Positions 1 to 13,188 of a stretch of 64,000 nucleotides of DNA are shown piece by piece. Within the stretch, counting starts at the first letter, position 1. Every line of letters starts with the position of its first letter. Where the stretch lies: NCBI GenBank assembly GCA_905250055.1, contig CAJNOF010000042.1, forward strand, positions 403,805 through 467,804, written 5' to 3'. The stretch comes from Rotaria sp. (taxonomy: Eukaryota). Both the position numbers and the translations under genes were made by a program. A model generated the notes under the pieces. The model saw nothing but the letters and a program-made list of their open reading frames with translations. It did no database searches and was not told the DNA's origin.

Positions 1-193
1 AAAAGTTGAAGTTTTAATTAACTAAGTATATCATTCTGTGTAATTCAGCAAGAGCAAATTATAAACTCACAATAAAATAGATTATACTGCCACTCATTAA
101 GGTTGATAAATTCATAATATTTTCATGCGAAAAGCAATTTTAATCAGTACGAGTTAGCTAGTAGCAAATCATGAAAACTTTCTTTTCTAACCA

Positions 194-3100
194 TCAAAGT
201 ACAACTGCTTCAAGACTCATTTTCCAGAGTCGTTCGACCGATGTTTGATCAGTTGCCAATGGCGATGGCTGTGCAATAGCACAATTTCTAAAAAAAAATA
301 TACACACACATATAATCTATTTTTTTCTGTTTCCAGACATGCGACTTACTGAAAATATAAACCATTTGATTTTTCCAGTGTCGGTTCAACAGCACAATAA
401 ACAACTGTATGTGCACCGATTTCAGTCGTTTTAGCAAATACGAATTTCAAATAACGCACGAATGGATAAGACAGATTGAATGCTAACCAACTAATGACGT
501 GTGCTGATGATCTACTGTGTGAAGTTGATAACCAGCCGGGAGTCAACGCAAAGACATCGATATGTTCCGCTTAAATGAAAATACCTTCGAAACAAATGAT
601 AATTATCCCATTGACATAATACCGAATAAATCCTGTTTCAGTTTGACTGTCGATAGAATTTGGAATAGCTTCGATGATGGATAAGCACCATGCCAATGAG
701 GATTTCGAAACTGAGTAAAAATATCTGACCAATTAATTGATTCTATACCTAATTTTAATTTCAAAAAAGAAAGATCTCGTATTTCTTATTCATCAGTTTA
801 TTACTGTCATGCAGTTCAGATGATACATTGATTATACGACTTGGTCGACATTTTTTCAATTTATCTAATAGAAGGTTTGTAAGAAGAAAATGGCCAAGAT
901 AATTGGCTTGAATCACTGCATTGAAACCATCTTTAGTCATAATAGGCGATGACCAACTAAGACGAGCATTACAAATCAAGATATCCAATCTTTCTTCCTC
1001 TTCATTGTATAGTTTGGCAAAAGTTCGAACCGATTCCAATGAACAAAGATCACATTCCATCAATCGAATATTGTTTGTATTAGCACTGGTTTCCACGAGA
1101 AGCTTCTCCATTGCTAGACGTCCTTTATGCAGATTTCGACAAGCAATAATAACTCGAGCTCCTAAATATCGATTCATTCATATTGGAAGACTATGATGTG
1201 GCTGAATTGTGGGAGTGTGAATTTAAGTTAGTGTTCTATTTAATTTACGAGCAAATTATGTTAAATTAAGCTTGTTTGCACTTCATAATTTATCACATAA
1301 AAAATTAGATTAGATCATTCAATGCCTTTCTGATATTCTACGTAAGAAATATTGCTCTGAAGGCGAACAAGCACGCTCGTAAATGAGTCTACGATGATAG
1401 ACAGAGATTCTCCACGGTTTTCGTGCATGATGAGCGCATGCAAACATAGCGTCAATTAACAATTTCCGTATACGGAGACTGAAACAAAATAGGAAGTTTT
1501 GGAAAAGTATTCCTTGATTCTCCATTTATGAAGTTAAACGCCTATGGTATACGATCGTCCTATATTTGTAATATCGGATGGTATTTTTAACTATACATAT
1601 TAATTCAACAATTTTTTACAATAATATAAGCATTCTAAAACTATAATTATACAGTTTTTGATCGAAAAATCGCTTTCAAAAATTATTCCTAGGGTCATTG
1701 AACTAGAGAATATTATAACGAAAAAAGAAGCATTCTAAAGGTACGAAAGAATTATAGGTCGAAGGTATAACTATAGTACACAGAACAAATCCATAAAACT
1801 GTTTAATGCAAAGATCTTTCCACTTGCGTCCTTCATTGATATCGGTTAAATGATACACGAGGAAGCAAGAGAAAGAGGAAAGAAAAAAACATCTTTACAT
1901 GGGCCTGGCTAACCATATAGTACCCCGCTTTGCTTTATTTTCTATTATCATGTAAAAAGTCCAATCATATTCAGGTCAAATTATCACCGTCATCGCTTAT
2001 CTACTAAATTTAAAATATTAACTACGGATGACTGTCTGATATGAAATTATTTAGCCCCTTAACGAACGATAGAACACGATTTTTAGGACTCAATAATTGC
2101 ATACAAGACAGCCATCAGCAGCTAATGTTTTAAATGTAGTAGTTTAGCGATAGAGATGATAATTTGGCCGGAATATGGCTAGACTTTTTAAATTTTAATA
2201 GAAAGAAAGCGAAACGAAATATCTTATGGTTGACCACGCCTTAAATACTCTGTACTTTCTTTAGTAAGTTTATTTTATTAATTTTTCCTCTTCTTATAAT
2301 GAAAAGAGATACTATTCTACTGTGTGACTCAAAAGTAGCCTGATAGAGACTTCTTTTCGACTTTCTTTTCTGTATAGATCTATAGGTCAATTTGATATTT
2401 GGACCACATATACTAGATGACAATAAAGAGAGAAAGAACCTATTATCAGATTTCAATTGCAAGAATTCGTTCGAAAATATCCGAATATCTTTCGTATACT
2501 CTTATATGACTGTCACATAAATTCGATAGTGTCTAATCGAAGTAAATGTCTTTTTTCATTATATCTTGTTTTTGAAGAGTTTTCTATGTCACGAGTCTGA
2601 AACAACATAAAGATCAATAGAATTCAAACAGACCAAAAGATAGAAGCACAACTCTACTAGAAAACTAGAAACTTATGTGATAATCATATAAGAATGTACG
2701 GAAGATAGTTGGATATTTTCTGACAAATTCTTATAATCAAGCGCTGAGAATAGGTTCTTTTTCTGATTATTCTCATCTAGTATCTATGATTCAAATATGA
2801 GATCAAACTATAGATCTATAAAGAAAAAAAAGCCGACAAGAACTCTATGTTAGGTTATTTTTTTGGCTACCTTGTATGTTTAAATTTGAATTTATTTTAC
2901 ATTAATAGGAAAATGACACTACCGCTGAATCGAACCTCGTTGAAGCAGATCTTTTACTGTGTCATAGCCAACACCAGTATTTCCTCCTGTGATTAGTACA
3001 GTTTTGCCTTGTATAGATTGTTGACTCGGATAAGATCGACGACTGATCCATAGTTTATTAAACAGCCATGTTGCCGTCACTACGTACAAAAACAGAACGA

Positions 3101-3277
3101 TGAAAATAATTGAAGAATGTTGGTGTGTAGTAGAATACCAGTACTACTAGCGATGAGAATAGTCGTACGATATTGATCGAGAAATCGTTGAATGATAAAA
3201 GATGATTCATGAATGATTGTGGCAGACATTTTTCTTGCGCCGTTGACTTTTGTATGACGTTGACAACTGATTGCCAT
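194..3277 (-). CDS. Short-chain dehydrogenase/reductase, retinol-dehydrogenase (RDH11/12)-like; multi-exon gene
   Basis: Minus-strand ORFs 346..546 and 761..1177 plus hand-traced exons (minus coordinates): 3079-2936 encodes ...QGKTVLITGGNTGVGYDTVKDLLQRG (TGxxxGxG Rossmann motif); 1161-805 GARVIIACRN...LDILICNA...NYLGHFLLTNLLL...RIINVSS; 748-623 ...FRNPHWHGAYPSSKLF (YxxxK catalytic motif); 569-350 ...LTPGWLSTSH...EIGAHTVVYCAVEP...GLYF; 287-194 ...SVERLWKMSLEAVVL then stop. Introns of 53-62 nt with GT..AG ends, plus one ~1.77 kb intron (2935-1162). The first exon is uncertain: either 3277-3139 (MAISCQ..., spliced through a 59-nt intron) or an unseen upstream exon. Confidence 0.7.
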
Positions 3278-4131
3278 ACGGGGTCAGACTGTGATTCAGT
3301 ATTTATTTACCGACGTACAAGACAAGATCTATAGATGTCATGTATAATCGTAAAATTTATATAAATTTGTTGAAAACGAGCGACATCAAGGTTGGCAGTT
3401 CTTTATCGCATATGGCATTGTTAGAAGCGAACTTTCGTCCGATTCTTAATGGCAATATAAGTTGATGCAATCAAGTAGCCCTCGTCAAATTCAAATTACA
3501 CAATTCTTCGTACAATCGAATCGAAACGTTTCTTATACTTTCTTATGAGGAGCTAAAAAAGCTATCATTCATCTTTCTCAAAACCAATTTATATGTCATT
3601 ATTTTTAATGATGACTAATTGTGAAAGATAATTAAATTATTCGATTGTAGACTCGTTCATAAAAAAGAGTGGCGATATGTCTGAAAAAGAGTATTTTTGA
3701 AGTTACGTGTCTTAAAGAAAGAAATCAATAAATAATTCATGTACTGCTATATGGTTCAGCATGATGATTCATCTGACAACCACGGTCAATCACTGCGAAT
3801 GATATGTGATGAAATAACCTCCCGTTCGAATTCTTACAATACAAAACGCCTATAGTCGATCCTGAATGCATTTCTGCATGATATCATTGATTGATTTAGA
3901 ATTTGGGTGGCATTGAATCTTATTTTTCACTTACTATCGTAGTAAATATTCAAAGGTATGTCAATTATTTAATCCGAGATACGTGCATACAATACAATAG
4001 AAAAATTGAAATCAACACATGTCAAGGTAAAATATTGTTACACAAATAAGTCAGTGTGAGACGAGTGCATTGGTGATGCTTTTACTGGTTGAGACAATCT
4101 GCCATTGCCAAACTTATTAATAAATATGGGT

Positions 4132-4452
4132 TTAGAATTCCATGACGTATTTAAGTTGCTCATTTTCGGCACACATTTCACGAAACTTTTTTTCAGATAT
4201 TTTTTCTTTACCAGCAAATGACTTGTTGATACTGCTGTTGAGTGCAACTATGAAGTTTTTCATTTTCTCGTCTTCACTTTTGTAATTATCAGCACATAGT
4301 AACAAGACGAATTCTACAACATTGACGACTTCAGTTTGGCTAGGAAGACCATCACGATTAGCATCGCACAGCTTGAAGAATACTGTCATTTGTATGAGTG
4401 ATCTCTTCGTATCGAATGCTGCTCTCCACATCAAAAGTTTCGTATAGATCAA
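4132..4452 (-). CDS. EF-hand calcium-binding protein, terminal exon (partial gene)
   Basis: ORF 4132..4452 (-) contains the canonical EF-hand loop DANRDGLPSQTEV (D-x-N-x-D-G-x-x-x-x-x-E) flanked by helices, and ends in a stop. The ORF begins at a non-ATG codon, so upstream exon(s) were not located. Confidence 0.45.
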   Translation of the reverse strand: MIYTKLLMWRAAFDTKRSLIQMTVFFKLCDANRDGLPSQTEVVNVVEFVLLLCADNYKSEDEKMKNFIVALNSSINKSFAGKEKISEKKFREMCAENEQLKYVMEF

Positions 4453-4476
4453 TCATGCGTACAAATTATACAGTAG

Positions 4477-4900
4477 TGTTAAACTTGAAAGTTGAACTCA
4501 AGTATTCAATTTTTCAATTAGTCAACGCCTGCAATATCACCAGAATCACCTAACATCGACAGGTACTGTCTGGAATGCTACTAGCATCACCTGGCGCGCA
4601 CGCCACAGGGTTCTCTAAAATGCTGTCAGTGTGACGTAGGATGTTGCAAGCATCACCTAGGATGCTTCATACATTATTCGAGATGCTGCAAGAAGTATGT
4701 GAGAATCTTAAGCTACAGTACAGCAGTGAGTAGGAATAATGGTGCACACAGAGATGTGCATGGGTCGTGGCTCTTTGGGAAGCGCGAAGCGCCCCTACGC
4801 TGCGACGCTGAATCAAAAGATTTCCCCATTGAATATCCGCAGAACACTTGAGAAGTTAAAATATGAATAGTTGAATACTTGAATTCAAGTTTCAAGTTTG
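4477..4900. mobile_element. MITE-like element: ~30-bp terminal inverted repeats around a GC-rich ~360-bp core
   Basis: Left end aaacttgaaagttgaactcaagtattcaa (about 4481-4510) is the reverse complement of the right end ttgaatacttgaattcaagtttcaagtttgac (about 4868-4900). The core is about 50% GC in a ~30% GC context and carries three direct catcacc(t/g) motifs (catcacctaacatcg, catcacctggcgcgc, catcacctaggatgc). No ORF. Confidence 0.4.
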
Positions 4901-6674
4901 ACATATATGATAAAGTAAAGCCTTTCCGTATCCTATACTCTATGGTGAAGAATATTTCTAGTCTTATCCTATCCTACCATGCGATTTTTTGATTTCGCTA
5001 CATCTCTTTTAATAAACATTGAACTATTTGAAATAATTTTAAAGGCATATTCGTCTCAACATCATGATGTAAAAATGCTAATGTTCGTCATGTTAATTAT
5101 TGATTATATTCATCAAATCTTAAAAAAAATAAATATTATTCTCTGAACTAAGTACATCATTGTAAATAACATCTAGTTTGAACTATTACAAGAAAGGAAT
5201 TTTTCTCTGTTGATATGGTCTACAATTTTCGGAATTTTCTGCATTCGACACTGAAACGTTGCCATAACCATTGTCATTTAGTATCGATCAATCTCATTTT
5301 CAACGTGGTTATATTTCGTGTAAAATTTGATGTTGATTTTATTTGAAATCACAGCATTACCTTCCAGAAAAAAAACATTTTTTCTACATTTTCATTTTAT
5401 TTTAAGGAATTTCCTTTGGAAATATTCATCTTCATGTGGAGTTACAGTAAAATATTTCAATTATTAAACATTCTTAAAATGATTAACTAATGCAGGTCAT
5501 TCTTTCAGAATTTTTCAAGTTTTACAAATACTTCACAATTGTTTGGTAACACTTTTGAATGTACATAAGGTTCTATTGAATATGCTTCAAAAGTAAAATA
5601 ATCAACAATTGTTGATTGTATTTGCTTATTGGAAAAACGATGTTGAACTTTGTTTCATTGATATATTTAATGATTCAATACCATTTTGAACTGTCCCAAT
5701 AGAATCATACTATTTTTATCTTCGATATTAGAGCCAGTTCAAATATTTATATTGCACAGGTATTGTTTGATGAAGGGATTTTTCTATTAAAATCAATTTT
5801 CTTTTGTTATGATGTGGGATTAACGACACAGCCAATAAGCATAAGCTTTTTGTTTAAAACTACTTATCAATTATTAAAGTTTGTCGAAAAGAATGTGCAT
5901 CATTCTATTGAAGAATTGGTAATATTCGATATGGATCGGATACCATCTGATTAATTTTGTGCTGTGACTTGTATTCATCATTATGTCAACAAGTTCTAAA
6001 TCTTATTTATAATCAATATTTTTATATTTATATGAAATATCTTCAGGTATATAACAAAAATATTTGCAGTTGTTGTTGTACACATGGTTTAAGTTAAAAT
6101 CAAAAAGATGTTTATATATGTACACATTGCTTGACGAAGGAAACGACGTGTAACAAAACATTTTTTTTGCTTCCCTATACATAAACTAGTGAATTATTTC
6201 TATATTCATGAGTAAAGATGTAGAAGGATCACAAGAAAGAAAATTTAATGAGACCGAGATCAAAAAAACTTGGTCCCACAATCTCTCTATTCGCGAATCA
6301 TGACTAATTTTAAATACCTAATCGTATAAATTTTGAGTTAAAATCAATCTGAAGAATCCATTGATATTATTGTATTTCTATTTGGTTTCACATGCAATAA
6401 TAAATACATAACCAAATTCAAGATGCCATCAATGTATACTTTTCTTTCTTTTTATTTTTGCTGTCGGTTTAACAAAAAAAAACCATGAAATGATTTCTAT
6501 AAGTTGAAGGAAGGATTAAGACGATATATCGCAATAATTCGATTACAATTTTTCTTAATTATAACTCTAGTAAGATTATGTATGATTTATTTAATTTAAG
6601 TAAATGAAATTCTAGCTATTTCATTATGAATATTAATCTATTTTTAAAAAGGTTCGAAAAACCAAAGAATAAAG

Positions 6675-7492
6675 TTATTTTTTTGTTTCAGCAAGTGTTG
6701 CCATATATTCGCTTTCTTTTGATGATCCAGTAATACGTTTAAATAATAAACCTTTACTAAAATAATTAGCTAACGCTGGTCGTTCTTTCATGATTTGTTC
6801 GTGTTTTATTAATGCTTGACGATCTTCTTCATTTGGCAATACAATTTCATGATAATCACGAGCTAATGTAAATGCTTCAAAAACAAAATAATCAGCAATT
6901 GTTGGTTCTTGTTGATCATAATAAAGTGATGTTGAACTTTTTTTAAGTAAATTATTTAAGGCTTTTAAATTGTTTGAAATCATTCTCAATAAACGATACG
7001 ATGGATTATTTTTATCAGTAAAATTCAAATTGCTGAATATACAAGTTATAACATTCGATATAATATCAGTATATGCACATGAAACAACACCATCAATATA
7101 GCCATGTAAAAAGTCTTCATTATCAATGGATGGTGTTAATTTACCATATAAATCAAATTTTCGTGCTAATAGTTGTCCTATGAAAATAAAAAATTAATGA
7201 AGTTTAGTTTTTATTAATTGAACAAACCTAATGTTAAAGTTTGACCAAAAGTATGTGTATCATTCCAATGAAGTACAGGTAAATTATGGAATGGTCCGGA
7301 TATTGTTTCATCAGCCTTGTGTGTAGGCCATAATTCAGCACTTGTCGCAAGTAATTCAAAATCTTCTTTGTAATCAATATTTTTATGTGCATATGCTATA
7401 TCTTCAAGCATATAACGAACACTTTGAATACGACCACGACAATTCCAGTAATAAAGTCGAAGTTTAATATCACCTGATGTTTTTGTTGACAT
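6675..7492 (-). CDS. Glutathione S-transferase (sigma/mu-like cytosolic GST), 2 exons
   Basis: Exon 1 (minus 7492-7228): MSTKTSGDIKLRLYYWNCRGRIQSVRYML...FHNLPVLHWNDTHTFGQTLTL, the thioredoxin-like GST N-domain with the conserved cis-Pro (LPVL). A 50-nt GT..AG intron lies at 7227-7178. Exon 2 (7177-6675): GQLLARKFDLYGK...DYFVFEAFTLARDYHEIVLPNEEDRQALIKHEQIMKERPALANYFS..., the GST C-terminal helical domain (LARKxxLYGK signature). ORFs 6675..7028 and 7214..7504 in the track match. Confidence 0.8.
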
Positions 7493-9387
7493 GATGCGAT
7501 TCACAGCAAGAAGATACTGAATACAAATAAGAAATTAAAGAAAAACTTCAGTCCTTATATACACAGCATGCGACTATAGACAGAGAACGGAACGTATAAG
7601 AATAAATTGAAATATAATCAAAACAACAAAAAAAAAGAGGAAATATGATCCAATGAAAGATAGTAAAATGATATTTCAGTGGAATATTCATTTTTTTTCT
7701 TTCGATACGGATCCATCCATAGAAAATGTCTAGACAATTACTATGAATATATTCTTTTTCTCTTACACAACATTCAGCTAAATTTTCAAAGTTAGTTTGT
7801 TTTACAGTTCATATTTAAATAGGAAATCAACTAAATAAATCAACTGAATATGAATTCGATATTGGAATATTTTCAAGATAAGTTTTATTTGTTGTTTATG
7901 ACATGTGTTTTTTCAGTTCTATCTTTGATTCACTTATTGAATGAACTAAAGTTTAATTTAAAAAAAATAAGCAATATAGCTGAGCAAGCAGACTTTTTCT
8001 CAAACTTTTTTTTTTATACCTAGCATCCCGGAGGAAGGGAAGGGGGTCGAATATTGCCATTTGTACCTGAAGGTCATTTATAGATAATCGTTAACACATT
8101 CATATAAATAGATATGACGAAAATTAAAGGATTTTTAATGTTGAAACCTTGAATTTGTTTTTCTTCGCAATTGAAATATCATCTTTCCGATGAATATATA
8201 TGAAAACTAAGCAATCCAATTTCATTTATATAGAATTCAACAAAAGTAAGTTCGTTTGTAATTTAAAATACCTCTAGGCATTGATGAAGCTATAGTATAC
8301 ATCAATGATCAATCCATTCTGATGTGAATCTTTTAATAGATAATATTTATAATAAAATCATGCTATCAATTTATCCCCATTTATTTTTTCATAAATTTAA
8401 ACAGAATCAATGTTTATTCTTTATTTGTAAAATCTAATTCGATAAAAGAAAAAAGTTCACTAGTTCATTGTTAATATATTATGTGAGTATATTTTTTGTC
8501 TAATCAAAAGTCACTCAAATATTTCAATGATATGTTGTAAAAAAATGAAATATAAGACAATCGACATTATCCTTCAAGAATGATCTTAAACGAATGAAAT
8601 TCGATATTGACAAGTAAATAAACAAAAATAATAAAATATTAATCAATATGATGCTAGACAGCTTGTCTAAACAATACCAAATGAGTAACATATTTATTTT
8701 CGACTTACTTTTCTGAGACTCGAAAGAAAAAGAAATTCTAAAATCGATTAGACTCATATTTAATCATCTTAGATCTGATGTATTTAGTCTTCCAATGATC
8801 AAAGGAAGAAGTATATTGATTAGTTAATATAGGTATATGTTTATGCCAAAATTTGAATAAGAAAGATCTCAAAAAATACAAAGTTAATGTCTTCATTACA
8901 TCGTTGTTCGTTCCATCTACGGAACAATCTATGCTCAGAAATTTTTTTTGAAACACTCATGGTTTTGTTTTTATAACCCTTACTTAAGGATACCATTGTG
9001 AAATAACAGAAAAGATGTTTTACGCTGCTTTCTTGTTTTTTTTTGTACATGAAGAAACTTTTGTCCATCTTGTTTTATATGAAAGAAAAAGAAGCTAAAC
9101 AAAAAGTAATCAATTTTGATATTCATCAAGAATAATTCCTTTTGTTGATGAAGTGTCAGTAACATCTTATTCTGACTCGTCAATTGTTGTTTAAAACAAC
9201 AAGTGAAACTCGATGGAAAGATATGTCAGTACTTTTTTTTAGGTGAAAAAATGATAAGGATCTTATGTAATGGACGTGGATTGTTGACTTTGACATGAGT
9301 GTGCAACAACTTTTTGTTATAGTTTTTTTGTGTCACATGATCAAGTTAGAAAGGTAAAAAGTGCTGAATAATTTGATTAAATAAATA

Positions 9388-11649
9388 ATGAAAAAATCAT
9401 ATTATTGTCTATGGATTTTTCTTATTACAATACAAAAATTTCTTCAATACGGTCAAACTCAATCCATCAATGATGATTCATTAGATCCATTGAGTATGGA
9501 TGAAGCTTATTTAACAATTAGCAATAAAAATTATTCAGAGTCTATTATATTTATGTATAATTTAGTCGTATGTGAAAAATGTAATTTTGAATTCTTAGGT
9601 GATGTTATTCCATATAATTCAAGTGAAACAGTTATAATTAATACAAAATATGCTCATGATTTTCAAATTTTTACTAAATCTACCAATAAAACATTACAAT
9701 GTTCAATAAAATCACATAAATTTTTCGAACATGGATCATATTTATTTGAAATTATTGAAATAGCACAAAATCAAGATATTTGTTCAATAAAACAAACAAA
9801 AGAATCAAGTTATTATTGGTTACCTATAATTATTGGAATGTCAATTCTTTTAACATTTATTTTATTGATTCAATTATGCCATCCGATATCACGTAGTCGA
9901 CTTGTTACTCGTTTTCTTCCAAATGTTATTCAACAAGGATTAATAAATAATGATTTAATTGTTTCATTACCAAATAATCCAACAACAATTACTAATGATC
10001 CTAATGATGATATTATTCGTACACTTTCAACTAGTAGTGAATTACCATTAGTTGGATCAACACGATTATCAAATAATACAATACGTATAACAAAACTTTT
10101 ACCAAAACGACTTCGTTCATTGGATACTTTTCGAGGATTTTCATTGATGGTAATGATATTTGTTAATTATGGAGGTATGATTTAAAGAATAATTTCATTT
10201 ATTAATATATTTATTACTTATTTATTAAAGGTGGTGGTTATTGGTTTTTTAAACATTCAAGTAAGTTTATTTGTTTTCAACATATGAAAGATTTCTATTG
10301 TTATATGTAGTATGGAATGGTTTAACTGTTGCTGATTTAGTTTTTCCATGGTTTACTTGGATAATGGGTGTATCAATTGTTTTTTCACATTGTTCTATGC
10401 GTGCAAAAAGTGTACGAAAAAGAATAATTTTTTTAAAAATATGTCGACGAACTCTCATACTTTTTATTTTAGGTAAGATAAGCAAAAAAAACAAAGAAAA
10501 TTTTTGTTTTTATTTCATTTTATTGTAAAATTTTAGGTTTAATATTACAAGGTGGTTATTCACGATGGGTATATATTCGAATTTTTGGTGTTCTTCAACG
10601 TTTAGCATTATGTTATTTTTTTGCTGCTATACTTGTTTTAATTTTTGATGATGCAGAAGATGAACCATATTCATCACAATGGCCAATACGTAAAAATTTA
10701 ACTTAAAAAAAAAAGAATTAAATTTAAATATTTGTTAATTAAGGTAATGATGTTCGTCAACAAGTATGCACAGAATTATCAAATACTTTCTTTCATTTTT
10801 GGCCACAATGGATTTTTATATTATTAATAACTCTTCTTTGGATATTGATTACATTTATTCCTAAATTTGAAAATTGTCCAAGAGGTTATTTAGGTCCCGG
10901 TGGAAAACATGAACATGGAAAATATCAAAATTGTACTGGAGGTTATTGAACAAAAACAAAATAATTTTATTGATTAATTAAATCATTTTATTTTTTTTAG
11001 GAGTTGCTGGATATCTTGATCGATTAATTCTTCGAAATTCTCATATGGATAATCATCCAACATGTAAAGATATTTATGATACTCAAATACCATATGATCC
11101 TGAAGGTAAGAACAAAACTAAAAGATATCAAAAATTATTATTTTTTATTTTTTATTATTAGGTCTTTTGGGTATTTTAACTGGAACTTTACTTTGTTATC
11201 TTGGTGTTCAAGCTGGTCATAGTTTTGCTCATTCAACACGTATACGTCGTGTTTGTGCACATTGGCTTATATCTGGTTTTATTTGTGGATCTATTGGTTT
11301 ATTATTATCTAAAGGTGGTTATTCAGATGGTTGGATACCAATTAATAAAAATCTTTGGTCACTTAGTTTTATACTTGTTTTAGCTGGTTTAGCTTTTATT
11401 ATTTTAACAATACTTTATTTACTTATTGATGTTTATAAATGGTTTACTGGTGAACCATTTTTATGGTTAGGTATGAATTCAATTGTTATTTATGTTGGTC
11501 ATGAAGTTTGTTCAAAAACATTTCCTATACAATTTCAAGTCGAAGAAACAACACATGCACAATTACTTGCTATGCATCTTTTTGGAGTTTTCTTTTGGAC
11601 AATCATTGCTGGTATTATGTATCGTAAAAAAATATTTATTGCGATTTAA
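9388..11649 (+). CDS. HGSNAT: Heparan-alpha-glucosaminide N-acetyltransferase (lysosomal, multi-pass membrane), 7 exons
   Basis: Exons traced: 9388-10174, 10231-10260, 10311-10472, 10537-10689, 10744-10941, 11001-11105, 11162-11649. All introns are GT..AG, 48-64 nt, and phases are consistent. The product aligns along its whole length to HGSNAT: ...[30 protein letters not shown](I)WNGLTVADLVFPWFTWIMG...RIFGVLQRLA...FWPQW...[33 protein letters not shown]...YDPEGLLGILTGTLLCYLGVQAGH...INKNLWSLSFILVLAGLAFII...LWLGMNSIVIYVGHEV...YRKKIFIAI stop. Confidence 0.85.
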
Positions 11650-11878
11650 TTCTATTGTAATGAATAGCTTCTGTTTTTTTTTCTTTTTCTTTTTTTGAAA
11701 ATAGCTGAATCAATAAATTTTACAATAGTTTTCGTTTTCTTTTTTTTGCATTTTGATAGCATGCTCCCTCTGTTGAAAATTTCTATTGATGAGAACTAAA
11801 AACCTATGTGTTTTATGTAGGTGTATGTGATGAGTAAATGTTATTGTTTCAATACAATATTGAAATTACATTAATAAG

Positions 11879-13188
11879 ATGAGTTATAACGTAGAACTAA
11901 TACCAATTTCTGAAGGTAATCGTATAACAGTAAAAAAAAATGAAAAAGTTATTATTGGACGTGGATCATCATTAGGTGTATGTTACAAAAAGATAATTGA
12001 TTTTTTATTGTTTACAAATTTTTTGAATTTTTTTTTTAAATAGTGTAATGATAAAAAAATTTCTCGTCAACATGCTGAATTATTACTTAAAAATGATGAA
12101 ACACTTTGGATTAAACCAATTCATACTAATCCAGTATTTTATCGCACTTTTCATGGTAAAACAATTCATTTGACTAAAGATATTGAACAAGAATTAAAAG
12201 ATGGTGATCAAATTGGTTTATTACCAACAAGTTTTTTCTTTCGTATTAGTTTTTCTATGAATACAAATAATAATAAAGACGATTTATCTACATCATCAAA
12301 TCAACAGTCACATTATTCAGTAAATAATATTGCGTCTGATAATCTAAAATCAACTAAAATATCATCTCAAGATACTTTATCTAAAATAAAAAGTCCTGAT
12401 GTTGAACCAAAACCATACATTTCAGATATTGATGATTCTACTTCTTCTTCTATAAAAAATCAAGTATATTTTTATGATATTAATATGTTGTACTTTATGA
12501 ATGTAGTTTATAGAATGAATATGAATCAGTTGATTCAAATAATAAATCACGTATATTACCAACATGGATGATAGCATCAACAAAGACTACATCCAATTCT
12601 TCCTGTCTACATGATTCATCATCTAGTGATCGTCCTGCTGTTAAACGGCAATGTAAGTACATATTTATTATAATGAGTCTATCTCAAATAAATTCTCAAC
12701 AGTGAATTCAGAAGAAGATAACAAAAGTAATACAAATGATTTATCAAATACGTCTGGTAAATTCTATTATATCTTGTTTATCTATTTTTCCTTTTTGTTC
12801 TTTATTTGTTTTTTTAGACGCATCAGTTACAAAGTCAAGTAAATCATCCGTAATAAAAAGCTTTGATAGTGATAGTAGTGATGGATTTGATTCTGTTACT
12901 ACAAAAAAAAGTATTCATAAATATTTATTATTGATTATTGACTACAGTTTGAATTTAGTTAAATCAAATGATAAACGTCGTCCAGTTTGTTCATATGGTG
13001 CATCATGTTATCGAAAAAATCCAACGCATCGTACTGAACAATCGCATCCAGGTGATTCTGATTATGAGGATGAAAAACAAACGAATAATGATAGTAAAGA
13101 TGATAATGATATTGATAAACCGATATGTCCTTATGGTAAATCTTGTTATCGACAAAATCCTCAACATAAACGTGACTACACGCATTAA
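11879..13188 (+). CDS. APLF: APLF-like NHEJ scaffold: FHA domain + Ku-binding motif + two PBZ (PAR-binding) zinc fingers, 5 exons
   Basis: Exons 11879-11977, 12044-12463, 12514-12652, 12703-12756, 12818-13188 (GT..AG introns 50-66 nt, phases consistent). N-terminal FHA-like domain: MSYNVELIPISEGNRITVKKNEKVIIGRGSSLG|CNDKKISRQHAELLLKNDETLWIKPIHTNPVFY...DGDQIGLL. Exon 3 carries the Ku-binding motif NKSRILPTWM. The C-terminus has two C-x5-C-x6-H-x5-H PBZ fingers: PVCSYGASCYRKNPTHRTEQSHP and PICPYGKSCYRQNPQHKRDYTH. This domain combination is diagnostic for APLF. Confidence 0.8.

Noticed and set aside
921-1196. Plus-strand ORF 921..1196
   Set aside because: Antisense to the well-supported SDR exon 761..1177, which carries the conserved motifs; no motif of its own.
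8524-9183. Four overlapping minus-strand ORFs (8524..8757, 8738..8956, 8841..9068, 8980..9183)
   Set aside because: Mutually overlapping in different frames, Lys/Phe/Ile/Leu-rich low-complexity translations with no motif; typical chance ORFs in AT-rich intergenic DNA upstream of HGSNAT.
11201-11698. Plus-strand ORFs 11201..11383 and 11483..11698
   Set aside because: Alternative frames overlapping the terminal HGSNAT exon (11162-11649), whose frame carries the conserved NKNLWSLS/GMNSI motifs.
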